Source: Fimbriosthenelais zetlandica
Lineage: Eukaryota
NCBI GenBank assembly: GCA_977030845.1
Contig: OZ365112.1
Span: 13,020,001-13,084,000 of the forward strand
Length of the DNA stretch: 64,000 bases
Reading direction: 5' to 3'
The notes below the pieces were generated by a model that made no database searches, was not told the origin of the DNA, and was given only the letters and a program-made list of their open reading frames with translations. Shown in pieces: positions 1 through 13,900 of the stretch; the first letter of the stretch is position 1, and every line of letters begins with the position of its first letter. A program made the position numbers and the translations under genes.

Positions 1-3000
1 TATACGTCAAAGCTGTGAGGCTGAAGGCAACAGGATGATGTGCTTGCTTCCCATGTCATAGATATAGGAAACCGCAGGGGGTCAGATTTCATTATCAGAG
101 GAGGACTGTCAATATATGTAATAAATCCATGCTTTTCTTGCAAAGCGAGGATATAATACATGTTGTTTATGACGTGTTATTGCAATTTTCATATAATCCC
201 AAATGAGAAAAACGTGAGTTACAAATAAATAAATCCATTATACTTCAACATACTTCGATTCATTTTAGGAGGTATCATCTCCAATATGGCACGTATAAAG
301 TGACTTTGGGGTGTAAATAATGGGAATTATCTGACATCAATATGGGGTAGTGATATGTGTCAGCGTGTAACTATCCGTAAAGACTCGACTTTAGCCACAG
401 TGATGAGCGCCGTATTAAATACCTCCGATGGGAGATAACAGTGTAATAGACTTGATCTTCTGAAACACTATAGATAGGGAGCCTCTTGAGACCCACTCAA
501 CCAGCCCGGCCTTCTCCAGTCATCAGTTCTCAGGCTCATAGCAAGAGGCATAGAACATACATCAGGCGGGACCCTGGAGGTGGATTAATAATGATTATAT
601 AAAGCTCAGCTGGGATAGGCCTTCAGTCGCAATCATTCCGCCTCACCATGATTGAATAAAATTGCTTTGCACAATATTTGCCATCTGCAACAGTGGCTTG
701 CTGTGTGGCTCTATGTGATTAGGAAAATTAAATGTCCATGGTTTACTGTTAGGTTTTTGGTGAGGAACATATTAGACCAGTACATTATAACTTGGTTAAT
801 TATTTAGGTTCATTGCTCACTGCATACATTCCCATGGTGCGGGTAGCAGGGGTATCATACATCCTATTTTCTCATTGATCATTTTGTTTTGATATTACAC
901 GCAAGGTAGGCAGACTCCGGATGGACTTATGTTGGTGAAAATGAACTGTTACCTATGTGAATAGTGTAGTGGTGACTTGTATGATTTGGTGGAAAGTGTG
1001 ATCTACAGAAAATATGTTGTCTGAAGCCAGTGAAGAGCTTTGTAATGTAAGGTAACATCTGCTAATTACAGAGACCTTATAAGAGCTACAGTCAACCAGG
1101 AGGGAAGCCAAACAATGCACCTAACCAATCCAAACCCCAGCCAAGCACACACTGATTATGAATCCATTCTACGCCAATCAACTAGCGGTAGATACAACTT
1201 TATACATACATAAAATGGAAAACAAATGTGCAGAATGGAGGCATAGGAAGGAGAAAATCATCCATCTTCCAATTTGATACTCAGGCCGTAATATAAGATC
1301 ATATAATTGTAAAATTGAATCTTATAGGTCCTATTTTCCAATATGTACGGCTTAGCTATTATAGGTATAGTATAGCTATGGTGTGATTTAATGATATCCG
1401 TGGGGTGTGCAGCCTCCTTTGCTGAGGGTAGAGTCAGATCAAGGTGATTTCTATACATCATTCCTTTAGCCTCATCACCAAACCGTAATGAGTAGAGGAA
1501 AAAAGGTTTGGATAATTCCTTAACAAGCTCTTCCTTCATTCCTGCTCCATATAGGACAATGATGTCAGTAATGGAACGAGAGAAAAAACAACCTGCTTAT
1601 GCTCCCAACTGGATTTGTTCATTACATTTTTCCTCTCCAAAGCACACTTCTCGAGGTGTAAAATTATATAAACCACATGCAGTTCAAGCCGAGGTTTAAT
1701 CCTTTGTGCTTTAATACATCCGAGGCATATACAATCTATATTTTATAAATCTCAATTTCAAAGTGAATCACAATTAACTATTTATCTGCACAATGTATAC
1801 TAATTAGTTGTATATACAGTATACATGTTTGTACATGTATACCTGGTCTTTCAGGTGGTGAAACCCGATTATTCAACCAGGTGCATGGGTTCTCTCACAT
1901 CATATCAATTTTACACCAAGCTAATTTTTATACATGGTGAGCATGTGTATTTTATATGGTAATGTTCCAACAGGTGGAATAACATACTGAGAGAAATACA
2001 AATGTGGGTAAAATATCGTGATGTGGAACTTTTCTGACAAGACATAATTTGTTAGATACATGAGGAAATTAGGTGAACTGTAGAATTAGCATCAAAGAGG
2101 TACAGTTCAACATGAGTGGTACAAGGTACTTGATTCCACTCCAATGGCCAGCCTAGAGAGGCTAATAATCTGAGGGGAGTGGGGGATTAGAGTGGTGAAG
2201 GTGCTGCCCATATAGGGTAGCGCAGCACTTGTAGACAAGTATTACCTTCTCCAGGAGGGGCTCCTGTAAAGGTAGTAGGGCACTAATAGGGCTGAGAAAA
2301 CCTGGAGTAGTAGACGAGGGATACGGGGAGAAGAAAGAGAATGGGGGAAAATCCAGGGAATTTCAACGGGTGGAGAGGATGGGAGATAGTGAGGGAGTTG
2401 GGAAAGGGAAGGGTAAATTTGGTTGAATAGAAGATTGTATAAAATAGAGGAATAAAGCCGAGAGGATGATGGAAGACAGAAAGGACAGGAGATGATGGGA
2501 CCTAGGGAGAGATAATGTATAGGAGGGACAGGTGCAGTCAGTGGCGTCAGCTACATGGTCATCTAACACCCATGTTTAAAGCCAGCCATGGCTTAGACTC
2601 AGCTCGGGTTAAGCTTTGCCTGTGACAAGTGGCAACATAGATCTGGGCAGGGGCTAGGTAGAGAGACTGGAGGAAGGAAAACACTTAGCAGCTGTGGACA
2701 GAGACTGTTCTGTGATCTGCGGATGAACTGGTATTGATCTGTAAACTGGTGTGAAAAGCCTCCAATATACTGGGCTGGTGGTTGGGTCTCCTCTCTCTAA
2801 ACTTACATCTCACATAGCTAATCCCAAACGCCTGAATGAGGCCAAACGTTTAAGGCAATCTAGGCATAGAGTGGATGAAAGGGTTCTATTGTCCCACAGC
2901 TCAACCAGCTGCAATCACAAGTATAGTGATCTGTGGAAAGCCTGGCGACCTGATTCTTCCATATGGCATGCTTAAACCGATAAAATTCACATGCATTTGA

Positions 3001-6000
3001 TGCACCTTTATATAATATTTCACATTTTCAGCCATCATATTGAAATTATATGGCTTATCAGTATATTTTCAAGACACCTAGGCCAGAATGAAGGATGGGT
3101 TGAGTGGGTGTGAGGCTTTAATTAGGCAGGCAGGGAGAGAAGTGGGTTGCACTGAGTGAATGTCATGAGGTAACCTTTGACCCGCGCCTATCTCCTCCCG
3201 TGGTATCAGTACACCGTATCAGCAGTATCAGCATAATGGCCACTCAGCAGGCTGAAGCAGACTGTCACTTTTGCTTCATCCATACAGCAGGGAGGTGTAT
3301 GGTAACTTAAGGAGGTGCCATTGACACCATTAGGCTAAACAAGAGCAGGGAAGAGAAGCCCGAGCACACAGTCCGTCAAGGGACAAGATTGGACAGAGAG
3401 GACGTTATATAATACTGATGGCTTTATTAGGTGATTGGTTAAGCGCGAGTTCATGTACACAAAATACCTAATATTAATCGATGCATTGTTCAATAATAAA
3501 TAGGGGAAATGATAAGAAAGCCCACATTAGACAGTTTATTTAGCTGTGATGATAATAGAATGCGGCAACAGATAGCCATGAATAATTGCAAGGCTTTCTC
3601 TCTTTTCAAATAGTGCGAGGAAAAATTTCACCAGAGGAAAATGTAGTTGTCCATGCAAAGTCCCTGGAACACATGACACCTCCTTGTCAAGTGTATTCGG
3701 AGAAAATAATTATCCAAGGAGAGCGAGCTAGCGCCATCATTATACGAGACAGCGGTGTATAGCGCTGACTTTAAGGATCACTTTTGATGTAGTTTCATTT
3801 CAGGAGGGGAGATAAGGACAATATAGAGCCGACTTATCAAAGCCAGAGCCTAAACACATGGACGTGCCTGGAACCAGGTACCTGGTAGAATAAAAATTGG
3901 TCTGTATGTACGGAAAAAAAATAGTAAAATATTTCACATTGAAAATATGTCCACTTACACGGTAATACCTCGTAAAATGACGGAAAATCCTAATATTTAT
4001 TATGTTAGAAATCTCCAAACCCATCCGAAGTATTTCCATCCCATGCCTGGAAAATTCAACGCCCATAGAAAAATATGGAGCACACAGAAATATCCAGCCA
4101 AATCGAAATGGACAGTTCCATTTATCATTATCCACCATTTTTTTCAGCCACCTGTGAAAAGCAATCCGATCGTTGCATTTAATCTAAGACAAAGCGTGGA
4201 GCAATATTGCCACGGAAACATCTGCAGTATTATCAATAATCCTGAATTTCTTTTAATCAAACAAGGATTTTGCAATTGCTCTTATTCCGGAGTCCTTCAA
4301 TCAGTTCTGAAGCAAAAGAGTGATTTGTGCAATTGTATTTTTATGTAGGATAATTGCTGTCCTTCAATATTTATATATTTTCAAATGATAAAGGGATACA
4401 TGTGAGTTCTAAATCGATGCATGTCAACTGCAAAGATGATGGACTTTGTTTGGGAAATGCTCAGGCAAATGCAGTGACAGTATATAGCACGGATTCTCAG
4501 GCACATTGTAGTAGGACTTTCATTTAATCACATCGTAACAACACATCACCATAAAAACAGATTCTTGTGCCGCAAAATTAAAGCACTACCTCCCTTCATA
4601 TATATGTATATATACCACTGCTTCACGCAAAGCAGATCTAAAGCCTGCCAGCTAAAGCTGATGAACAAAGTGGAATATAACTTGGTCCAAGCTGCACCAA
4701 GGTGCAATCCTCACACCCGGTATAAAGGCTGAAGTGCTTTACGTGATGCGACAAAAAGCACTGAGTTCCTGCAATAAGGATTAGCACAAGGGCTGTTGTT
4801 GCATGACAGGGTGGCATAGAGGCACCTTACATGTCTTGATGGAACCTATCACATGTCACAATCAGACTGTGTGATCCTCCTTCTCATGATCTCTCCCCCT
4901 TCATCTCACCCCCACTCACCACCACAGGGCGCTGGCTGTAATCTGATCTAGACCAATCAACAAGTATATTTAAAGTCCAGAAGTGCTCCCTTCTTATCTC
5001 CACGTATTGATGATTAGCAAATTATATCATTGTAGCCACACTACTTTGCTTGATGCATTCTTGATTGAATTTCCTGTTCGAGGGAAATTGGAGGTTCTTG
5101 AGTGCAGCCGCAGAAGGTAATTGATTTGATGTGGAGGGGTAAAAAGGCATTAGCATCTAAGGATTGACACAGTGCCACAAGGGAGACGTATTAATGATGG
5201 GAAATGGGAAAAGATTAGACCAGCGGCTGTAATGTTTAATTCGGAATAATTCAGTATGCTGAGCTTTTAAAGGGGAATAGGGAATATTGCCTCTGGAGGT
5301 AAGATTGGATATCTGCCCATCTTTCCAAACCAGAATGTCTATTCTTGCTCCCCGGCAATCTAAGTACAGAATATGCCATACATTGACTATTCATCTTGCA
5401 AACTGAAAACCCTATCGTGTATGCGCATACTTCAGTGAAGGGCCTTCAACAGTAAATGACATGAAAACGATGGGCTTTCAACTGGGTACTGATGGCATAC
5501 GGAGGGCGTTCCTTGGACGGAGGGATCCGGACAATGGGTGCGACTAATTGGATGAGGGAAACTGGCAGCCTAATTGATTGGATATGTTCATTAATATCTA
5601 TAATCCAGTCAAGGACGGGTGAGCGATTAGTATGTGTCGTCAGCCTGACTGCTCATACATACATACCCATTATGACAGATGTGGATTGTGGAAGGAATTG
5701 ACCAATTAGGACTTTACTGGAAGACTGAAATAACGATGTCATGCAACAAGACAATATTGGTGCAGTTGGAGCAACAGTGGAAGGAACTCTGAAAGTTCTT
5801 TTTGGACATGAATCCTTCACATATATGGACATAGGTTCGATTGTCTCGTCTCCCCATATTGTATCTTCTGTCTATAAGAAACAGGGACAATACATGTCAA
5901 CCTATTAGCAGAATGACTGTGTGTACTTTCCAAATTCTGGAGATTTGTTTATTGTACCATACCTTACATTAGCTTTCCCCATCTTCCATATGGTATTGGA

Positions 6001-9000
6001 ATAAAATATTATTTCTCATCAGTGTAGATGGGAAGTGCAATCATACACGAGGGAAAAGAGTATCAACTGTAATGGACTGCTGTCTCTGTTTTCAATTTAT
6101 GTAAAACACCGAGCCCGCATCCAGCCCACACATCCATTCAGTTTTTCAAGAAGTAGACACATTTTCAGACTTCATCTTCGTGTATTTAGCTCATTAATCC
6201 GTCTGCTCCATCTCCTCAACATCAGGCATGTACATTAAATTCTCTATTGTCTCCGCCCTCTCAGAGATCTACGACCATCAACTTCTAAGGAGGAAATATT
6301 CAAAAGTTTCACTCGCAGTATGAGATGTCTCTGATTTAAGGAAGGTCTAGTAAATTGTTTTAACCAAGAACAAAAAATCCTATTTATATAAGAATTAAAT
6401 GTCATTAGTATCAGTTACTTCACTCTGAGCAAAAGCAACGACCTCCATAGCAACAAGCAGGGTTTCTGATCTTAACGTCACATATATAGAAAAAAGATAT
6501 GGTGACATAATGCATAATGTGCCTTTGATGATTTCCCCTTCGTTATCGTTCTAATAAATCAAAGCGTATCTCCTGGCAGCCTTGGCATACACTGAGGTAC
6601 CACTTGTGAAAGGAAAACAGCTCTTGAGTCATTATCAGACTGCCAGTGCCATTCGTTTCCATAAGAGAAGTGGGGGTCTGGCTTGAGCCAGGCTGACAAA
6701 GTGGGCCAGGTATTAGAATGGAAAGGAATGACAGCATTCTGCCTACAGAAAGTATCAGCGGCTATATCAGCCATACGTTTGCCAGACCAGCTTGCTCACT
6801 CTAAAAACTTGACGAATTTTATCAGTCTAATAAATCAGCATTTATCTGACACATGTAACAGTGAAGCCACAGTACAACATTTATTGCAGTGGGGATAAAC
6901 TGGTATTTTCGCCTGTAAGTATCAGTCAATTTCTTATAATTCTCCTAGAGCAGATATCCAGTCACCACCACAGATGTCTGGTTTAGGAGTGCAGAGGCGT
7001 ACAGGCAATACATGGGGAAGTAGTAAAAAAGCCGAAAATCCTCATACATGAAAAATGCATTTACCCGATGGAAGGACATTGTTGGAATACGAGTTGATAA
7101 ATGCTTTGGCAGCAGAATGCCTTGAGGAGTTAGAAATATCTGTTTGACGCCTAGAAGGAAGGGTCACCTGTGTATTTCTCTTGCTAGAAAAACATTGTTC
7201 GAGAAGAAAGGTGTCTCGAGGGCATACATGATCTTTTTAATGACAACTGGAAAAGATCGGAATACTACAGTGGGCATTGTAAAAAATGATGGGAAGTAAG
7301 ACTGCTTCGCCTCAGCCAGTGCCCTCGGTAGTATACACCGGACATAATATATCTTTCTGTCAGATGGACATCTCAAGAAATAATTGCTATACATAGAAAC
7401 CTCCAATAAATAATAGCTGGAAAATGAGCAGCTGGAAAGTACAATCTGTCCGAGGTTGAGAAATTACAGGCATTATGGGAAGAAACTTATACAGAGAGTG
7501 GAGGTAAAGCGTGAGTTATGGATAAGGATGTCATAGGGTTATCATCTATATACTGGTCATAAAAGGCAATGTTGAACATCAACATCTCTTAACTCAGGCC
7601 AGCCTTATGCATCCAATTATCTGACCAGAGCAATGAAACAGGTCTATAGAGAGAACACACCTAAAATCCATGGTGCGACTTACATTCAAGTATCCAGGCT
7701 TCAGTGCAAATTTATTTACCTTGAGCGACACTTTCTTTATTCCAACAGGGTCTATTGGTACTATTGCCATGCCCCCCCACAGAGCAGCAATTGTGTGATA
7801 TATATCCATGAAGGTAGCATGCATTATATATGTGGGTCTGATCTACGGTGCGGCTATCAGACTGGCCTGGGAGCCATTGCTTAAAGCACAATAAATCAAG
7901 ACACACAAGGAGGCGATTTCTACCACATGTAATATAAATGGTCATATATGACCACCATTCTCATCTCAGTATGAATATCTACAAAGCAATACAAGTAACC
8001 AGAAGATATAACAGCCTGTGCTTTGGCAGCCCTAAGTGTTCATAGAACAGAAAAAGTGACTACCATTAATATGGTGCCTCACTGGCCAATTCAGGATATC
8101 CTCATGAGAGGGAACGGGTTCTTGAATAATGATATACCAAGGGCTGAAAGCTAGCCATTTCATTGCTGGGGCCTGGGAGGACGATATGTCTGGTGAAAGT
8201 GGATGTTTGAGTTAGTGAAAGGAGCAACTCAGGACTTGACGGGCCAGTAGGGAAGGCAGTCCTATCTTATGCTGGGCCGGAGGGCAATTACAAGAGTGGT
8301 CATCAAAATGTCCAGCCGCTACGATTGAAAACTCCATTAACTGTGTGCCACGCGACCCCACCATGTTTTATGGGGCTGACCCCTCGGTGAATATGCTACA
8401 TTTCATCGACTGAGCAAAGGGGGTAAGGAAACATCAGCTTCTCCCCAGGGTGGAACAATCCCTCTGAGATCAGTAAATGACAGGCGTTAGGACACTGTGA
8501 TTTCCCACTGAGAGACTCACCCAGAAATACAAACAGTGAGCCACTCAACCTCATGTGAGCAAATCAAGAGCATCTCAACGGCCTTATGAAATGGTCAGTA
8601 CTACTGATAGGGCATATCTGGGCATGAACAGAAATGGGAAAGTGGCACTTGACTTAGATGCCCTGTACTGGTGCTGACTGACTTCCTAAATATGCCAATT
8701 CATAAGTGAAGGCAAGCAGAATGAGTGGTGCACAGATGCGAATATCACCAACGACTTCCCCCTCATAAATCAGGGCTAATCTGCAATAGACTTACAGTAC
8801 GTCAGTATCTGTAATATGCAGGAGCATGGATTGCTCTGACACACTGACTTTTGACATGGCTATAATACAGGCATATCAAGTCATAATCAGGTAATATCCT
8901 AGCATCCATCAAAACTTAGCTCAAAACATCCTTTTATAAATCATCACACAGGCAGGAATTCCTCAAGAAAATCTAACTAAAATAGAAAATGAAATTTGGT

Positions 9001-10791
9001 AAATACATAATACATTTCCGACGATCAAATGCCATACTTTAGCATGGGTGAGATTTTATGATATAGGGGGATAATTAGATTGTCAGCTGGGCCCATTAGA
9101 TTAGTGTACATAGCAAAGCGTCATTGTTACAAAGCATCCCAGAGAAACAATGCGCTGACAATGGCCAGTGTGAAAACTGGCAGATGGGAATGATGGATGA
9201 CAAAGACAGATGAATAGAACAAAGTTCTATAATGCTGAACTACATGAACATTGCATGGTAATTGTCCCCATGCTGCCAGACTGAAGGGGACAAAACAGGA
9301 AAAAATGCAGCCAGGCAAAAGCAGATGATATCCCAAAGGATATGCAATGAAGATGAAGGGAGAGAATGAAATCTGGCAAGGAGAGGTAATTAATAACGGA
9401 TGGGAGGTAATATTTTCTGTTGTGAATATACATCTCGTGCTATACTATAAATGACTCAGATGCATAGAATTTTCCTAAACAAGTATATTTCACAAATGAC
9501 TTCTATATAAAATACTGACATTGAAGAGTAGCAAAGGATAAAGCAGCATGAATCTTGCCACATTATGAATGTATGTACACAGAACACCGTACACAACCAC
9601 TTTCAATGGTAGGAAGGAAGGAGATCAATCTTCATGATGGAAGGCCTTGGTACGGCGCTGACGAATCAGATAACAGCCACCATCAACAAACCTCTATAAA
9701 CTATTGATTCACATTTGAATGGGCGAGTCCCAGCTTATCATAAGTTCTTAAGAGATACTTTCCTCAGAGGATATGTTCCCCCTCAAGGTCTTCTCTTTTT
9801 CTTGCCGCCGAGATTCACACCCAATTTAGCAAATAACCTTTGCTATTCCCATAACAAAGCCTCCCCCTCCTCCTCCTTCACTGCCTCCATCTGCCAAGGG
9901 CCAATATGGAAATCCATTTATGAGCCATCAGAGTCCAGGAATATCTCTAAACAAATAGTCATTGGGTGCTTAGTGAATGCCCTTGTCTGTTCCCTGTGTG
10001 TTCTGACGGGAGATGTATAGATTTCAAACATGGATACAGTGCATGTATTAGGCTCCTCTAAACACCCAACTTCAGGGGCGGTCAGGGTCTCAAGACGGCT
10101 TGTTATTCATGTCTCTTCTACAGCCTAACTTTCAGAGGAAAAATAATTTGAAGTGAAGTTATCCATTTTTGATGACGTGGAACCACCAGTCTGCTGTAAT
10201 CCATTAGCCTTTTGACTAAGAATGAGTCCCAATAGGCTGGACTGTCAGGCGGGTTTTGGATATTTTAAAAGAGGAGAGGCCTTCGTTGAATGGGTGCCCC
10301 TACCAATGAGCTTAGAGGCCGTGACTATTGTTAGATTAAAATCCATTAAAATAGTCTTGTACCATTATCTAAGGTTACATGGTAAGAACGAGCAAGAAGA
10401 GTGGCAGGTTTATTCATAGCAAAGTGGAAATAGTCCACATAATTATGTATCCCAATATATCTCATCAGAGCATAAAAGGCCCCAAAAGTATTCAGTTACA
10501 AATTACAATGTATATCAGTATTGCATGCAGGCCTCCCACCTGACAAGGAGAATCTCAGCAAGATATCAGACCGATAAAGCCATGAATTCAACAAAATTGT
10601 CCCCTGTTGAGTGTAGAGTCTTGGAATTCCAGCTATCTCTAGCTTCCCAGACACCCTAACCAGGAAGTGGTGATAGATAAGACACCTCTTATATCTCTAC
10701 AAACCTTTTAGCAGGAGAAGGCAGTATAGGACGGGGAGGCTGTTCACAGAAAGAAATCAGCTGAGATTCACACCAAGGGGCATCATCAGTT

Positions 10792-13700
10792 TTATGCTCC
10801 ACATTCTAATGGCCATATTCCGGCAGTATTTAGATTGGTTCTGACACCAGCTTTCCTCTCCCAATGACCCAATGTTCTCAGAGCTGCAACGCTAATATAT
10901 GTTGTTGCGCCATGGGAGCGGGTTCTTCTTAACGAAAATTTAGTATCTGCTGCTCCCAATTTAAGTACACCCATTTCTTATCATTCATTCTCCATACATC
11001 ACGATGCCCTATTGCATTGTTAAAGCTGAAACTGAGTTATATAATTTGCCATTCTGTAAGAACGTCTGAATCTTTCAATGTATGCATCTGATTTTCATCA
11101 GAATATTATAGTCCCTTTCCGACCCTCTCCATTCGATTGTCCATTATTTAATATTTGCCATGATAAAGACATATTAATATATACCTGCAGTTTTTAAATT
11201 CAAACCAACATTAGCATTCATCTATGGTTCTGATGTTGCTATAGCATGTCTACATGAGGCACATTTCCCTGAACCAATTAACTTTCAATATTTTGTAAAA
11301 CAGACAAAAATACCTATATACACTATAAGGGAATAGGCAGCAGCTAAGGCTTCCACACTGCATCCATGAGAGAAACAAATAGAAGAACAAATAATGTGTA
11401 ACCTGACATGATTAGAAACCATCACTAAGACTAGAGGCCCTTGTGGAGAAGAAAGTTGCCACCAGCCGTCTTGTCGCAGAGCCTTCGTCTGATAGTAGTA
11501 AATGGAGATAAGGTCTAATCAGTTTCTGCATGTGGCAGTATCCTGTTATCACGCCTCAGGCTACCAGGAATATATACAATGACCTGTCCCTAATAAAGCT
11601 CTCATTCTGTGGTAACTAAGGCAGTAACCAAAGTCGTGAAAGCGCGGCTGTACTCAATAGGCTTGCATGGCCATATTAAGAACACCAGACAGAATGAATG
11701 GGTCCTTTAAGAGCTATCAGACTATAGATAGAGCGTCCTTACAGTGTTGTGGCCTGTCTTCATACATGTATGTATGCACAAGTCATTGTCCCTCACTGCT
11801 TTTCCATCAAGATGCAGATGTAGAGCATTGGCATGGGGCTTTTTGTTCTCATATGTGAGGGTAACAATGCTGAAGGAGGGGAATAGCTGGAGGTAAACAA
11901 GGGAGCATTAAATTCACAGCAGGGCTAATAACAGCCACTGTCATCTTCACTGATGACTGCTTCCTTCATTGATGTAAACATCATAGTAAATGTCCACATG
12001 ATAATCCCCACACTAATATACAAACATAAAAGGATAACAAAATGAGTATCCCTTTCTGTAGGAATGATAATAACTCGGTATGAGAGATATTTCAATCTAC
12101 ATTTAAAAAAGAGCTACATCAGTGAGAGGCACATGAAAACTGGGAATACTGTTTGTAATGGTGCCTTTTTACAGCCCAGAGGTGATCAAAAGTTTTTAAC
12201 TGTCAGGGAAAAGTAACATCATCTGACTGGCCAGAGGCCCATATATCTGACCTGCTATAAGTCTTGGTGTCTGGGATAAGACCAGAATAGAGCGATTATC
12301 CCGTTTATTCAGACTGGGATTACCAAGATAAAAACCTGCACCATAAAAGGCCATTCAATGTTGCCTGTTGCCACATTATACCAATAGAACATGATTTTCA
12401 CTAGGGAAACTGGATGCACGGAAGCCATAAATAAGCCTTGATGACCAGATTAATGAGCGGGTATTAAAGTGGAAGACTGTCTGGGCTGAGGAGACGGAAA
12501 CAAGCATCCCCCGTCCATAATCAGGCAATTGCAATAAGATAATCTCTCTGATTAGTAACATGCTCTCCATCCGCTTCCGTTTAACAAAAGGATGAGGATC
12601 CATCAACCAACGTGTTAGGTGGAAAGACCATTCTTTTGTCCAGTTTCCTTTCGGTAGGGTAAGCACCTGAACGACAGACTGTTGGCTCAATTACAAGTTA
12701 CAAATTCAGGTCCAATACATTTTGACCTTGGCGAAGACAACATCAATTGAGGGCATGATCAGCATGACTGATATCTTATCTAATAATTTTGTAGATTGAT
12801 ATCATACAAAAACATTAAAACAACGTTTTCCACAAAACTAGCCACTGCCACTTGTTAGCAAAGAGTTGTACCTGAGAACTCTTCTGCTTTCCTCGGAGCG
12901 ACTGAGTGATCTGTCTTGTAGCTGAACAAGGCCCAAGAAACAGACTAACAATCTTCACACGATTATGGACCATGTCAACTGTCTGAAAGCATCACAACAT
13001 TTGTGCTGAGCACAAAGCTGAGCCTGCCAGCAAGGGCCTGCATGAGATATTAGCATGCCCACGGGGTTATACCTGCCACCGCCATTAGCTGGCTGGTTCA
13101 CAACCTCCTGCCACAAAGACTGATTACAGAATATCCCAAGTCAGCAGGGTTAGGAGAATCAGCCAAGGATGGAAAGCAATTCAAACACAAACAGACTTTA
13201 ACATGTATTGGACTTAAAAGTCGGCCTGTTTTTTTCTATTTTGAATTTCGGACTATTGTTCTCTTATGTTCCTTAGGGGGTTTCCCCTATTTTTTTACCG
13301 TCGTCCATTTAAGATGAACTGATACCACAACCTACACTAGGCCATGCCATAATGCTGAAAGCTTCAAGGAGACATTCTTTTGTTGGTACCTTATAAATGT
13401 TGTGTTATATTTGATCATGTACCAAAAGAAATCCTTATGGTAGTGTGAGAACTATGCTAGCAATATACATTATTCTTGATAGGTTCAGGGGAAGGCCCAA
13501 TCATCTGTATGTTGAGAGATATGCCCCTGGTGTAATAAGCAATGTGGTGTCATCTGTTAACAGCTTTTACACACAGCAAAGCCCCTTGATGACATATCTA
13601 GATGACCTCCTTTGAAGAGCTCTTGTAGGCCACTTTTATCTTTGTCAGGACTCTCTTTCCTTTCAATTCAAGATGCTTTCCCATTCATTTCACTGAGCGG

Positions 13701-13900
13701 CTCCTTGAAGTGGCCTTTTGCTGCGGGAGTTGCTCAAGTGGCTTCTACAAGATGGGGTGTCACATTAATGGAAGCAGAATTGAAATGAGGAAGGGGGGCT
13801 CTCTCAATTCCATCTGACCTACTTCCTGCTCAATCACAAATGCCACATAGTTGAAAATGGCCTAGATTTAATTACCTTTTAGATTCATGACAAACTTTCT
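10792..13900 (-). mobile_element. Highly decayed tyrosine-recombinase (DIRS/Ngaro-like) retrotransposon
   Basis: 10792-10974 encodes ...DTKFSLRRTRSHGATTYISVAALRTLGHWE, resembling the YR C-terminus (HS.R.GAAT...LGRW). Weaker RNase H-like (12376-12690) and RT-like (LTDD...LGLPLN, ~13485-13560) fragments lie in the expected order. Confidence 0.45.

Noticed and set aside
3947-4348. 133-aa plus-strand ORF
   Set aside because: Non-ATG start, no recognisable domain or splice context.
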